Assembly: GCF_036588685.1 (NCBI RefSeq)
Contig: NW_026963293.1
Location: forward strand, 186,001-250,000
DNA: 64,000 bases
Source of the DNA: Mytilus trossulus
Taxonomy: Eukaryota
Direction: 5' to 3'
Shown: piece after piece, positions 25,839 to 39,424 of the stretch
Position numbering within the stretch: the first letter of the stretch is position 1
Layout: each line of letters opens with the position of its first letter
The notes under the pieces: generated by a model
What the model saw: the letters and a program-made list of their open reading frames with translations, nothing else
Databases searched by the model: none
Told to the model about the DNA's origin: nothing
Made by a program: the position numbers and the translations under genes

Positions 25839-26965
25839 TCGAATTAAAAAATGTTTAAGAGACCAAATAGCTATAGAGTACGAAGTTGAAGATCATTGAG
25901 GATCAAAATTTCCTAAAATGAACTCTTGTTATTGCATCTTTATCTGGAATTGTCACACCTCTTATAATAATATACAACTGCGACATTTAACAGTTCTTAT
26001 CTTTGATAAGCCATTTTACAGTTTTTATCAAATGAAGTCAACAATATTCTACATAAATCTAATGGTACAAATAAGCATATGTTGTGTATCAAATCCAGAT
26101 GAATCAAGGTTAATACGCATGCCTTGCTAAAAAATTAAGTGCATGATGGGAAGAAAATTAATATGATGTTTATGTGTGTAGGACCCTGGACCAAGATAGT
26201 ACTCCCAACCGCGATATTGAAGTTGAAATACGACGGTTTGACGTTGAAGAGCATTTTTGTCACGTTGAAGAACGATGACGACATTGGGACGTTATCTTGG
26301 TGTTTGATACGCCAAAGTGCGATGATGGCAACGCTGAAGTGTGGTGGATTACATAAACTATTTTTTCAATGATTTTGATATCAATGTAGACGTCACTTTT
26401 AATTGTTCATAAGGGGGATTTACTTTCAATACTATGGGAAATGGATGAAAACTACAAGGGAAAGAGGGTAAATATTACCTTCTTCGATGTACTTTTTATT
26501 AAAATGTGTTTTAGATGTATGAAGCAGCGTGGCCTTCTTTGAATAAATATGTACCCGCAGACTCTCCGAAATATAATATAACGGTAAACGAGAAAATCAT
26601 GAGTGTAACAAAATAAAGAAAAGTGCTAACGCAGAATTATATTCATATTCAGATATTTAAAGAGGGCGATCTCTCGTCTAGTATGCAACTATAACTTATG
26701 ACATACATAGACAATGCAAATGTGTATACTAACTAGGAAACAAATACACCGCTAATATCAATTGCACGTCTGTAGATTTTAAACTATCACGCGTCATATA
26801 AACCATCGCATATCAACGAACGGACCATTGCACATCAGCGTGACCATTGCATTTCTGTGTTCTTATCCCACTTCTGAGTCCTAAGTGAAAAACAAACTTT
26901 GACATAATTTCATAATTGATATATAAAAGTAACATAAATAACCGAGAAAAAAGATAGTCTGAAAT

Positions 26966-28068
26966 AAAAAAGTCAATTGTTCATTTGAAAGGTCTTTCCT
27001 TTTTCTTTTATTGATAGCCTTCTTAGGTAAAAAAATATATGGTTGCTAAGGACATTTATGTTCCTAACAATTAGTTATTATGGACAAAAATCATTCCTAA
27101 GGATAAAAATATTCTCCCAGTGTTGAAAATGTTAATTAAAAACTATTCATAGTCTTTGAAGTTAAAAAATAAGTGATTGCTAAGGACTTCTATGTAGTTG
27201 CTTGGGACAAAAATTTCATTTCCAGTATAAAGACATTCATATTTATATTATTCATAGCCTTCAAAAATAATTGGTTGCTTAGGTGTTTTATATCGTTGCT
27301 AAGGATCTGGACCTCCAACCTTGACCTAATTTTATAGATCTTATTATGCTGAACATTTTTGCAATTCAAAGTTTCTTTCTATCTCTAACCTCTTTTGAGT
27401 AATAAGCAAAAAATCATCATTTCCGAGCCCAAAAAATGATTGGTGCCATAGGTCCATAATAGTTGGTCCAATAATTTTGGACCCAGCATAACAAATGTAG
27501 ATTTTGCCAAGACACGCATTTTCTAATTACATTTTATCAGTCATCCTTTACGGTTATTGAGTAAATTCGATAACAAGCTAAGGTCAAAATCTAGGTCATT
27601 ACCTTGACGTTTGACCTTAGGTTAATTTTCATGGTCACGTGAATTGATGATCATTAATGAAGATTCAAGGTGGTTACAGCTTACAGTTTCTAAGTTTTAG
27701 TTGCCAACCGACATTGGTTAATTTTGATGAGTCGTTGAATCTTTTCAAACCAAATGTAATGAAGAACCAAGGTCAGCTTCTACACAAAATCTATCCTTCG
27801 GTTTTTTTTCTACCTATTATTGTTAAAGAGTTAGAATGATTACAAGGTTTTCGGTGTTAGGGGAGATAACCACTATAAAAGAAAGGTTACGAGGTCGTGC
27901 CCTTACCACAAAATAGCTTTTGGTCAACCGATACTAGATACCTAATATGATTTTAACATGTCGCGTACTTATTTTGGAAAATGTCGTTAAAGTTAGGCGG
28001 ACAGAATATTAATAATCAGAAGATATACAGTAAGGTCTTTCCTTATAGTGAAAGGAAAGACCGTAATA
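26966..28068 (-). mobile_element. Helentron-associated non-autonomous element, copy 2
   Basis: Collinear with 9549-10684. The empty paralogous site is at ~31841-31860 and there is no TSD. Confidence 0.8.
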
Positions 28069-31000
28069 ACATGCACTGTCAGTTTTATATAATGACAAAA
28101 CACGCAACTGACGGACACTATCTTGATTATTAGTTAACAACTTTTATAGTTTATATACAGAATGCAACAATACATCAATACAGTTTGACATATATGATAT
28201 TTATGTTTCATTTTTTTCCGTCTTGCTCGTAGATGTTATCCATAGATTCGTTTTGGTTTTACAAAATGATGGATGGTGTTTTACTTTAAAGATACAAAGA
28301 ATACCTCATTGATTGATCAAATGTTTGCCTTCTGAATTTATATTACCATTCCAGTCTTCGAGTAACCTAGTTTTAAATGTTTTGAAAAAAGAAAAAAAAT
28401 ACTTTTAAATTTAAAGAAAATGCACCATAACCCTTATAGTTATAACTTATCAGAACAGTCTATTAATTTGCAATAAATAACAAACTGCACAAATAATATT
28501 TATAAATGTGATTAAGTTAGTTTCTTTTTACAAAATATGATGGCAAATGGAACAAGAACAATCAGTATTTTCCAATTAATTAAATCACTAAACTTGACTA
28601 ATCGACCCACGAATATAACACTAAAGCAAACATAATCTCCCTTAAAAACTGGAAGTATTTATGGGATAATGAAAATATTGCGCTACGCTCCTGGAACATG
28701 CTGAAAAGGGACAGCACAAGCGATTTCAAGTATGTCTGACATCTAGGTAAAATAAAAAAATTATCGATTAATTTGTTGGTTTTATTTAGTATGAGTTGGT
28801 TCAGATAGCTTAATGTCTTGCAATTATGAAGTGATAATATATTTTAGAAATGTCTCCAGATACTGTTGAACTTTTGTTTTATAAACTGAGGATTTATGTG
28901 GTATTTTCCAGGATAATATGTTATGTCTTATCGTTTGAAGTCAACATAATTATAAAATTGTCTTTCCATAACATCATTGTCATTTAAATTGGTATACTGG
29001 TATAAAGTTTGAAATTGAATGTTAGTAACGTAAGCGCGTCCCTGTTTTGTGACATTCAGTGGTATATGTCATTGACTGAATATGTTCGTTGTTGTTCTGC
29101 GATTTGCATGTTGTGTCCACTAAAACATTATTTGTTTATCTGTTTCCTTTGCGATGAATGGTCTTGTGTGGGTTTGTGCTGTATTTATGTCAATTATGTT
29201 GCTATTTAACGATATTTATTTTAACATTGTCGTAAAGTGGGAGTTTTTGTTTGTCATTAAGCCATGTTCAAACCACATTTTTTTTATAAAATGTCAAGAA
29301 ACAAGTCAGGAATATGGCATTTGTTATCAAATAGTTTGTTTTCTCTTAATCGAGTTACGTCTTTTTAACACCGGTTTACTAGTGTTACCTTTAGTTACTA
29401 GTTGCCTTTAACAGTAAAGAATATACTGTGATGATAGGACAGATAGAAGTACAAGTTACTTCACAAAGTCGGAAATGGAAAACTTATATAGACAGGGATA
29501 AGTCATGAACATGGTAATTTGTGCTAAGTTAAACACAAACATGTAAAGAGTACTAAAAATTGATTGTATCAGTATTATGACGCGGAAACCAACTGCATTG
29601 GTCTTTTTCCTGCATGTCAAATAAGTTATAGTTATTGACCAAGCAAGTCGGTATATTGGATTTAATCTGCACAGCTGGTGTGACCCTGATTAACCCGAAC
29701 GACGTAAAACTTTTATTATATTCAACTATTTGTATGGTAAATTATTGTTAACGCTTTTATATCTATTTACACAGGGGTAAATAGGAAGATAAAACCAGTA
29801 GTTTTCAGAGAACTTAGTAACACAGAAGACTAAATAATGAGTGACGCGAACAAATCCATATACTGATAATATACCATAGTTACGATGCTTTGAATGGATA
29901 AACAGTTCCTAATCCCTTCATTCCACCAGTCATGTTGTTCACGTCAAGAATAGATATGTCTCATTCTATGAAAAGTCAGAAACGAGGAGAATAGGTTTGT
30001 TATAATTTTTAACCGAGGTCCTTTGTGACACAGATATTTCGTAAAGGTAACCAAAGTCATTTAGGTGTTTGTTTTTGTTGCACTTCAGTGTTCTTGTTGT
30101 TCCTTTGTAACATATCAGACATTCAGAATAATGAAGGCCAGATTTCACACAAAGTGTGTAGCCACCTTAAAACAAAAAAGACAAGAACATGCAACATCTC
30201 ATTTTAGCAATTGAACAACCATTCAACATTTTACCCCATTAAGGGATGAGGTGGCTTGTTTCGGCGATGATCAATCAACTGATTGCAGTTAGTGAGGTTC
30301 CTTATTATTTATTTATTGATATTTGTATGATGAACTAGTAACACAGGCACTGGTCTCTGAAGACAATTATCCTTATCTGTGTATGCTGTAATAAAAAAAA
30401 TAAAAGTGTTTGTTGTTTTTCCAGAGACAAGTACCTGTGTTTGCTAATATTACTTTCCCCAACACTGAATAGAAATAAAACAATATATTAAAAAATGATG
30501 TAAGAATGTTTTGCAAGAAACTTTTGAATACAAAATCGTGGAAATGACTTTCCAAGAGCTTAACGCAATTGTCTTCTCTAAGGCACGATCAAAGTTAATA
30601 TACATTCAAACCATGCAGATTTATATAAAACTGAGGACATGTGATCGATATGATTGCCAATGAGAAAACTTTCCACCAAGGCTCAAAGGACGGGCATATA
30701 GTGATATAATGTTTAACTCAAATATAACAAACATGATATTAGTGGGTATTCTATTTGCTAGATGCATGCAGGATTTTTTTCGATCCTAAAAACCAATTGA
30801 AATTTAAGTGGTTTGAATTAATCTAGTGGAAATTAAAATTGGACTGTACAAATTGCTACATCATTTAAAGGATATTGATCAAATACAAATGTATGAATCA
30901 TGTGCACTCAAATATTTAAAAATAGACAATCAAGATTCTCTCTTTTCAGTATTTAACAACTTCTTTCGTCACTTTTGTTATTTGTTAAACACAATTGCTG

Positions 31001-33224
31001 AAAAGAAAGTGTGAATGAAAAACAAGAGTAGGCGTTGATTATCTGCATCAAAATAGATCAGTGTTGAAATTTGATTAACTACAACAACAACATTTTATAA
31101 CTCATATATGCATTTTATTTGGCTCAAACAGTCTATCTTATTTGACTACACCAATTAAGATATAATGAATACTTATACATGTAATTGATTTACAATTTTA
31201 CCAAAAATTAAATTTTAAATCTAGCCTCGTGCGTCTAGGCAAAAACCATTTATGAAAAGGATACAATGCTTTTCATGTCGACGTATACTTCAATTTAGAT
31301 TGTTTGTTAGAAGCAGTTTTTCGGGTTTCGAAGTTAAAAAGGGCTTATCCACTTTAAAGACTACTATAAACGGTGGGTAATATGGGGAGAGGGCAAAGTT
31401 TACGTTCTGTGGCGATATTTTTTCCAAATCTAAAAAATGTTTTTTTACGTACAATGGAGCATGACATTAGCTGAAAACATAGGGTCCGAGAGTCTCCTAA
31501 TTAATACGGGAAACATGGTAAAGGAGGATAATGAGAATGTAAGGATAAATGTTAAGGCAGAATATATACATGCATACATTTAAAAAGGAAGATCTCTCAT
31601 TTAGTCTGTACATCTGTAGCTTTTTAGTTAGTATGTTAGCAATCGTTATATAGATCATCGCACATCACCGATTTGATCATTGCACTTCGACGCAGGCAAT
31701 GGTACTTCAGTTCGACCATAAGACTTCAACTCGAACTTCCCTTTTCTGATCAATGAGTCCCTCATGATGAAAAAACCTTAAGAAATAATTTGATAATTGA
31801 TATGTTAAAGTAATATTAAAACCCGAGAAAAGATGGTTTGTAATAAAATTCATTGTCAGATTTTTATAATGACAAACAAGCAACTGACGGACACTATCAT
31901 GATTCTAAGTTAACAAACAACTTGTATAGTTTATATACAGAATGAAACAATAAATCAGTGCAGTGTGACATACATGCATATATAATAATTTTGTTTCATT
32001 TTTATTCTGTCTTGCTCATATATGCAATCCTTAGATTCATTTGGCTATACAAAATGGTATTAAGTAGATGGTGTTTTACTCTGGCAAAGATAAAAAGAAT
32101 ACCTAATTTATCGATCAGCTTGTTCACCTAATGTATTTATATTACAGTTCAAGTCCAAACGTAATCTTGTTTTCAATTATTTCATAAAAATTTGTTTTTG
32201 ATTTAAAGCAAATGCATCATAACCTTTTACGTTATAACTGATCAGGAAAAAAAAGGTATCAATTTGCAATATATAAAGTATAGCACGCGGAACATCAATA
32301 AATTTGATCTGATTAAATAAGTTTCTTTTCATAAAATATGATAGCAAATCGAACAAGAAACATCAGTTGTGTTTTCCAATTATTCAGGTCATTAATTTTT
32401 ACTTAACGAACATTGAATCTAACTCAAAAGTAAAAATGATTTACTAATAGATGATAATCAAAATATTGCGCTCCTTGAAATGCTGAAAACGGAATTCTAA
32501 ATATACTTATATTTAGGTACGACGAAAAAAGGGTGAATGTTTGAAAAACAAGAAAGTTTTACGAATTACTAATAAAATGACACCGCACTTTTCACATTAA
32601 CAGGTCAAGCACAATAGTGGATTTGCAAAATGAAGACTTCAAATTAAAATGATAAGTCGTAAAATATTGACATATTTACAAATAATATAGCTTTTTAACC
32701 AAGTATTTATTTAAGTCAGATTTATCACACTCTATGTATTTCATATGTTAATATTGTTTCCATCACTTCTACTTTACAATGAGGAAAACAACTGAATAGA
32801 CTTCATTAGAGACTTTCGGTAAATCTTTGTTAATGCATGACAACTAGTAATCTAACCTTTCCATTGCCTACTCTAATCAAAGTAATGGAATCTTAATACA
32901 ACTCTGGTAATCGACATCAAAACTCACGAAACTAGCTATTTGTTTCAAGACAAATACATCATAAACAAAGCTGATTCCTGTTCAAATCGAATAGTTTTCC
33001 TGTTGACATGTTCATTGTTTGAAATCTGAATGTCGACCTTTCTTTTAATAAGACATCCATAACATGAAATAGGCTTATCATTAATAAATGCATGAGATGA
33101 ATTCTTTTGCACGAGACATATCAGTGTCAATTGAATGAAAACGATGAATGCCGAATTAACTACAAAGTCGAATAACTTGCAATACGATTAAAAACATAAG
33201 ATAACAATTTAATTGTATGCGCCT

Positions 33225-33397
33225 TATCTTAGAGTGGTATAATCAGACTTTTTAGGCACAAATAAGAAATACTAGCTGGTTTTACTTGTATTGATTCTAA
33301 ACTCCATTTGCACATAAATCTCAACGTCATAAGTAGCATGACGTTACAATACATACATAGCGGTACCGCGAACGTCTAATGAACACAGTCCTGAACA
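33225..33397 (-). repeat. 3' LTR (TG...TA)
   Basis: 172/173 identical to 38992-39164. Preceded on the minus strand by GGGCCCCCAGGA at the PPT position. Confidence 0.95.
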
Positions 33398-33513
33398 TCC
33401 TGGGGGCCCGCGAATGATAATTTAAGCAATAAATAAAGAAAAAAACTTTAAAATGAAATAACTATTGTCTCTCAAATGAAATAAAACTTTAACTTTTTAC
33501 ACTTAAACAGTCT

Positions 33514-36500
33514 TTATGTTTTACGGAACGGTTGAATCCAACTTTTGATTTTCTCCTTGGCATCAGTTTTTGCTTTTCTAGTTGAAGTAATAGTATTGTC
33601 ACTGGAATCACACGGACTATCTGTTGATAAGAGTGGATATAGCTTACTTATTGGTCTAGATGTCGTGCCATTTTTAGTGCGTGAAATGGCAGACCTACAA
33701 AGTCCATCTCTCCCATAAACTAACTTAACGATAATCGCTATATTCCACACTGTCCTTGGGGTATCATCATGAATCTGTACAATGTCGCCCACTTTAATGA
33801 TTTGAGTGTTATTTCCGGTGTTTCTATGTTGTTCCCTAAGTGAAGTGAGATATTCTCGTCGCCATCTGTTCCAGAAGTCGTGAATAATGCGTTTTTGAAC
33901 ACTAGATTGTCTATTTGCTGTGTAATGTGTTAAGTTTTGTACGTTCTCCTCACTGCTGAAATGAATTGTTCCTGAATACGGTAAAGTTTTAACCCGTCTT
34001 TCATAGAGAAGATGAGACGGTGTAAGCGGTTCATCATCGGTAAGGTCCGTTGATACGTGGGTTAACGGACGATCATTTAATATAGCCTCTATCTCGATCA
34101 CAATTGTCTCTAGCACTCTAAAAGTAACTAGTGCTCGTCCTAACACTTTCTTTATGCAATTCTTGGTCAAGCCGATCAATCGTTCCCACCAACCACCATA
34201 CCATGGTGCACGCTTCGGAATAAATTTCCACTGAGTTCCATATATGTTGAGTTGTTCCTGAATAGTAGTAGATTTTGTAAGCATTTCAATTTCCTTCGCT
34301 GCTGCGATATATGTTGTACAATTGTCAGACATCATGATTTTTGGTAACGATTTGCGGCTTGTGAATCTCCTAAACGCTAGAATGAATGTTTGTTCTGTAA
34401 GGTCTTCAACGATTTCTAAATGCACAGCTCTAGTGTTAGCGCAGGTGAATAGACAAATATATGCTTTACTAATACTGTTTCTTTTTGTTCTCACATTCAA
34501 TGCTCCTGTGAAGTCGACCCCGGTTACGGTAAACGGTGGTGAATCATTAAGTCTGTCGGACGGCAGTGGTGGTGGGTCGGGTGTATGATAGGGTCTTCCT
34601 GTAATTTTACGGCCAGTAACGCAATTACGGAGTATTGATTTAACACATTGTCGAATCGACGGAATCCAGTAAGACTGGCGAATAAATGTCACTGTACTTT
34701 CTAATCCAGAGTGTAAATTCTTTGCGTGTGCATCCATCACAATTAATTTACAAAATCTGTCTTTGTTCGGTATTAGTACTGGAAATTTAGCTGATTCATC
34801 AATAGGTGCATTGTTAATTCTCCCACCACAACGGATAATGTTCATTTTATCCATGTACAATCTAAGTTGCTTCACTAGCGCATTTTTCACTGATTTGTTG
34901 TTTAAACTCTCAATAACATCCGGGTATTTACGCAGTTGCGAATCTCGAATCCATGAAGTCGAAGCAGTCTGAATTTCATTGACACTAAGATTTCCTGTTA
35001 GTTTGTCATTATTTCTACAGTTGTTTATGAATCGGTACATGTATGCTGTTAAACGCAAAAGTTTTTGGTATGAGCTGTAGCGTTGTATATCCATAATTTT
35101 ACTTATTCCTTCATAAAATCTGATTTTCTGTTGCGGTTCACTAGTTGATTGTCCTTGCTCAATTGTAGTGCTAAGAATGTGCGATTCTTTATTCTTCCAC
35201 TGTGGCCAGTTTGATTTGTCAGTGAGCCATTCGGGTCCTTTCATCCAAAGATCCAATTCTAGGAATTTGGTTGCAGTTACTCCTCTCGATAGCATATCTG
35301 CCGGATTTGAATCTGTCGGACAGTACTTCCATGTGTATTCTTGAGTAATTTCGTTAATTTCCTTCACTCGATTACTAACGAAAACGGGTAATTGTTTCTC
35401 AGTAGTAAGCCAACTTAAAGTTATCTGACTGTCACTCCATAATGTGACGCTTGTAACATCCAAGTGCGATTTCAAATGCTTGACGAGTCTTGCGCCTATC
35501 AAAGCTGCACTGAGTTCTAACTTCGGAATTGTTAACTGTTTCAGAGGTGTCACTCGATTCTTTGACATGATAAGTACGGTTTCTTTTCCACTGACTAAAT
35601 ATGCGCATGCTCCATAGGCTTTCAAGCTTGCATCCGTAAACACATGTAATTCTACATTGTCTGATTTTTCTTTGAAATACGGTCTATTAATTTTCAAATG
35701 TGAACATTCATTAATATCTTTTAGTACACACTTCCATTCTGTTGTAATTTCAGATGTAAGAGGTTCATCCCAATTTAATCCTTTCTCCCACAAAGTCTGC
35801 ATAAGCATCTTACTACGCACAGTAACTGGACCAATAAGTCCGAGTGGATCATAGATTTTAGACGATTGTCTTAAAATCTCTCGTTTTGTCATGCGTGTTT
35901 CTTCAATATCGGTGTATTCCGGTTGGCGAAAGTAAGTGTGTCGTTACAAGTGTTCCATCTCAATCCAAGCACTTTTATGAGTTCATCTTTGTCTAATACG
36001 CTGTGTGAATTTGCGCGGTCTCGCAAAAGTTGAGAATTTGAAGCCCATGAGCGCAAGTTAAATCCTGCTCTAGTGAATAAGTCTCTTGATGTATCAAAAT
36101 ATTTCAGTAATGCACTCTCTGTAGGAAAACTCGACAGTATATTATCAACATACAAATCGTTCTTTAAAGTGTCAGTATATTCACAACGGTTCTCTCTCAA
36201 GTGTTTTTGCAGAACGGAATTCAGTATGAATGGCGATGAAGTGGCTCCAAATAATACAGACTTAAATCGGTAAGTTGATAGTGGAGTTGATGGGTCTGTT
36301 GGTGTATCGAACCAAAAGAAACGTGTGACATCTCTATCCTGTGTCTCTAGTCCCACGTTCAAGAACGCCTTCTCTATATCAGTAGTAACGGCAAATTGGT
36401 GTAAAAAAAAACAAAAAAAAACGAAATCTTAAAAGTATGCCGACGAAGTCATTTAAATTGGGTGGAGTGGTCATCAAACAATCATTAAGACTAGACGATT

Positions 36501-38972
36501 CTGGTGTTGCTTTACAACTGCAGTCGAATACGACCCTGATTGGTGTTGTTGTTGAATCTTTTCTCACAGCATGATGCGGAATATAGTGTATTTTGCTCTT
36601 TTCATCGGCCTCATTAGTAGTATCCACTTTCTCTATGAAGCCGCTTTTCTCCTGCTCAGCCATTATTTCTCCATATTTTTCCAGTAGTTTGGGTTCCTTG
36701 CTAAGTCTTCTTACTACACTTTCCGTCCTTCGTTGTGCAATGGCTTTATTTGTCGGTAACGTAGGGTGATCCTCTTTCCATGGTAACGTTACAAAATATC
36801 TGTTGTCAGTCATGGTAACGAATTTGTTTCTCTTCATAAGTCTTTTGAATATCCATCTGTTCTTCTAACTTTGTAGTGTCAATTATCTCGGTAGCCAGTG
36901 ACTCTATTTTCCAAAATTTCTCCAAGTCGTACTCATCGGTTTTTGTTGCGATCATCACGGTCATCATTGAAGCTCTCTTGTATCCATCTATGTCAGAGTT
37001 GTGTGAATGTAGCGTTTCAGACAACAGGTATCCGATTTTTGATTGAACAGCTGTCGGTCATTCGCCTCGGATAATATCATTCTGAACAATTGACCAGAAG
37101 TAATCAGCTCCAATTAGAATAGAAATTTCAAAGTTTTCATCTGCTGTTACTGGGTGAGCTAATTTGATTCCTGACAAATATGTAAGTTTTGCTGCTTGGC
37201 GTACATAGGTTCTCATCGGTACTGCGATCTCTGGAACGATCAAGACTCGAATCGGAAGTTTACCCTCTGTAGTTATGAGATATACCAATCCTGTACTCAA
37301 ATTGTCTCCAAATCCGGATAGGTTAACGCTTTCAGTTCCAGTAGGTTTGAGTTTCAATTTTTCGGCTAATTCCTCTGTGATAAATGAGCGCTGTGCGCCT
37401 TCGTCAAACAATATTTTTGCATCAAGTATTTCATGTTCTGCACTTACTGGGTTAATTGCTGTCTTCAAAAGTACACGATCTGTCGATTGCGAGTGTAAAA
37501 CAGTGTCTGGTTCCTCCGCGTTGTGTTGAATTGTGCCTACGGTTATATCCCCTGTTGGTTTGTTGTCTTCATTTGTTTTAACATTATCTTTGCAAATGCT
37601 GGTGTGATGACGTTTGTGACACTTGTTGCAAGTTTTTGTAGATTTACATGCGGACAAGCTATGGTGTCCTAGACAGTTAAAGCATAAACGATCTTTTTTC
37701 ACGATTGACATCCGGCCATTGTAATCAGATACTTTAGTGCAATTAACAGACGAGTGTGGCTCCTTACAGTACGCACAGAGTGGCTTGGGTTTAGTGATAG
37801 TTGCGTTTGTATTCTTGTTACCTCTATTTCGATTACTATAATTTGTATTTGTCAGAAAGGCGGCGGTAGCTGTAGGGTGTTCTAACTGTTCTGAAGTTTT
37901 GCCTGCATCCATAATATAAAATTCATCGAAAATTTCACGGCGTAATTCATTCAGTTGTAAATCTGTAGATCTATATTGTCTGGCAAGATTTCTGCGGATT
38001 TCACCGGGTAGTTTGTTCATAATAATGGGCACTAAAAACGCTCCATATGTGTCTTCACTTTGACCTAATGACTCCAATCCTCTAATGTGTATCTCAATTT
38101 CATCGTAGAAGTTTTTCATGCTAAATATCGTGTATTTAGGGGCTGGTATATCAACTAGTGCTTGCATATACTTCTGTCTTATTACATGCGATTGTCCATA
38201 TCTTTCTTGCAGTAAAGAAATAGCTTTCTCATAAATTGCATGTGTAAGCGCAAACCCTGTGACGGTTTTCAATGCTTCATTATGGAGTAGTGACTTCAAA
38301 TAATTAAATTTCTGAACGTTTCCAAGAGTAGTGTTTTCGTGAATGGATGTCTCGTATGAATCCCAAAATGACTGCCACTGCATAATATTACCATCAAAGG
38401 TAAGAAGATTCAATTTGGGCAACTTGTTGTACTCATTTAATCTAGTGTTACTACGTGAAAACTGAGTTTCCGGTACACGGAAGTTTGAATTACATGTATT
38501 CTGTTTATTGTATATCTCGGGTTGAGCATAACTTTGTTGATCATGAGCAGGTTGAGCATAACTTGGTTGATCATGAGCGGGTTGAGCATGAGCGGGCTGA
38601 GCAGAGGCGGGTTGAGCAGAGGCGGAATGTGAAGGGTCGCTATAACTGACAAAATATTTTGCATTTGTACTGAGTGTGGATGTATTGACAAGAATGAGCT
38701 TTTGTATTTGCGTTATTTTTCCATCTAATGTGTAAGCATACTCATCTGAATCGACGATCTCGGCTTCTACTTCTCCTTCATCAAGATTTTCTAGAATGTC
38801 CTCATTAAGTTTTTGTAGTGTCTCTTGTTTCTTCAACAGATTGTTCACAATTTTAGTTAACTCTTCAGTGTTCACGGGCTCGTCTCCGTCGTCTCGGATG
38901 TCCTCAAATTTCTTCAAAAGTCGGGAAATAACTTCTGTGTCCTGCACGTATAGAACGTAGTTTGGAACTCAT
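33514..38972 (-). pseudogene. BEL/Pao gag-pol polyprotein with 4 frameshifts and 1 in-frame stop
   Basis: ATG at 38972 (MSSKLRSIRAGHR). Gag KLPKLNL..FDG and zinc knuckles, protease LFDEGAQRSF, RT YVDN, RNase H VFTDAS, integrase GVDFTG / SDN / WERL. Lesions near 38932, 37058 (TGA), 36808, 36403-36421 and ~35910. Confidence 0.93.
38520..38625 (-). repeat. 15-bp coding minisatellite in gag (xxxQP pentapeptides)
   Basis: Encodes ASAQPASAQPAHAQPAHDQPSYAQPAHDQQSYAQP. Confidence 0.85.
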
Positions 38973-38981
38973 CTTGGTCCT

Positions 38982-38990
38982 ACGGCACCA
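38982..38990 (-). promoter_or_regulatory. Primer-binding site (tRNA-His type)
   Basis: TGGTGCCGT one base inside the 5' LTR, complementary to the ...ACGGCACCA 3' end of tRNA-His. Confidence 0.75.
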
Positions 38991-38991
38991 A

Positions 38992-39164
38992 TATCTTAGA
39001 GTGGTATAATCAGACTTTTTAGGCACAAATAAGAAATACTAGCTGGTTTTACTTGTATTGATTCTAAACTTCATTTGCACATAAATCTCAACGTCATAAG
39101 TAGCATGACGTTACAATACATACATAGCGGTACCGCGAACGTCTAATGAACACAGTCCTGAACA
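38992..39164 (-). repeat. 5' LTR (TG...TA)
   Basis: Direct repeat of 33225-33397. Confidence 0.95.
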
Positions 39165-39338
39165 CGCCTGAAGGGCTTTTTCATATTGACCTTCAGCAGA
39201 TATTGCCGAAGTAAAATATGTTAATGAAAATTATAGCAAAGCAACGTACAATTTTAAATTGCACGTTTTTCACATTTTGAAATATTTTCTTGTAAATTAA
39301 ATTTAACTCTTATATAGACAATACCTGTTAAGTGTCTT

Positions 39339-39424
39339 TTAATATCAGCTGTATGTGTACGAGGCTAAGAAACTATGGGCTTTTACTCTTGTTTCAAGCT
39401 GAGTACAAAAACAGCTGATATTAA
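39339..39424. repeat. Inverted repeat / hairpin
   Basis: ttaatatcagctgtatgtgtac ... gtacaaaaacagctgatattaa; 22-bp arms with 2 mismatches. Confidence 0.75.

Larger units (their letters stand above)
25378..25917 (-). mobile_element. Tandem family A retrozyme (~1.4 units, 375-bp period) with two hammerheads
   Basis: 25378-25542 is repeated at 25753-25917. Hammerheads lie at 25420-25463 and 25795-25838. Confidence 0.92.
33225..39164 (-). mobile_element. Full-length BEL/Pao LTR retrotransposon (5,940 bp), coding region disabled
   Basis: Two 173-bp LTRs differing at one base, 5-bp TSD CGCCT (33220-24 and 39165-69), PBS, and domain order gag-PR-RT-RH-IN. Confidence 0.97.

Noticed and set aside
37058-37060. 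TGA in the BEL polyprotein as programmed readthrough
   Set aside because: It replaces the Gly of the conserved GPTA motif after the protease, not at a gag/pol boundary, and the element has four other lesions.
34322-38649. Plus-strand ORFs inside the BEL element
   Set aside because: They are antisense shadows of gag-pol with no recognisable motifs.
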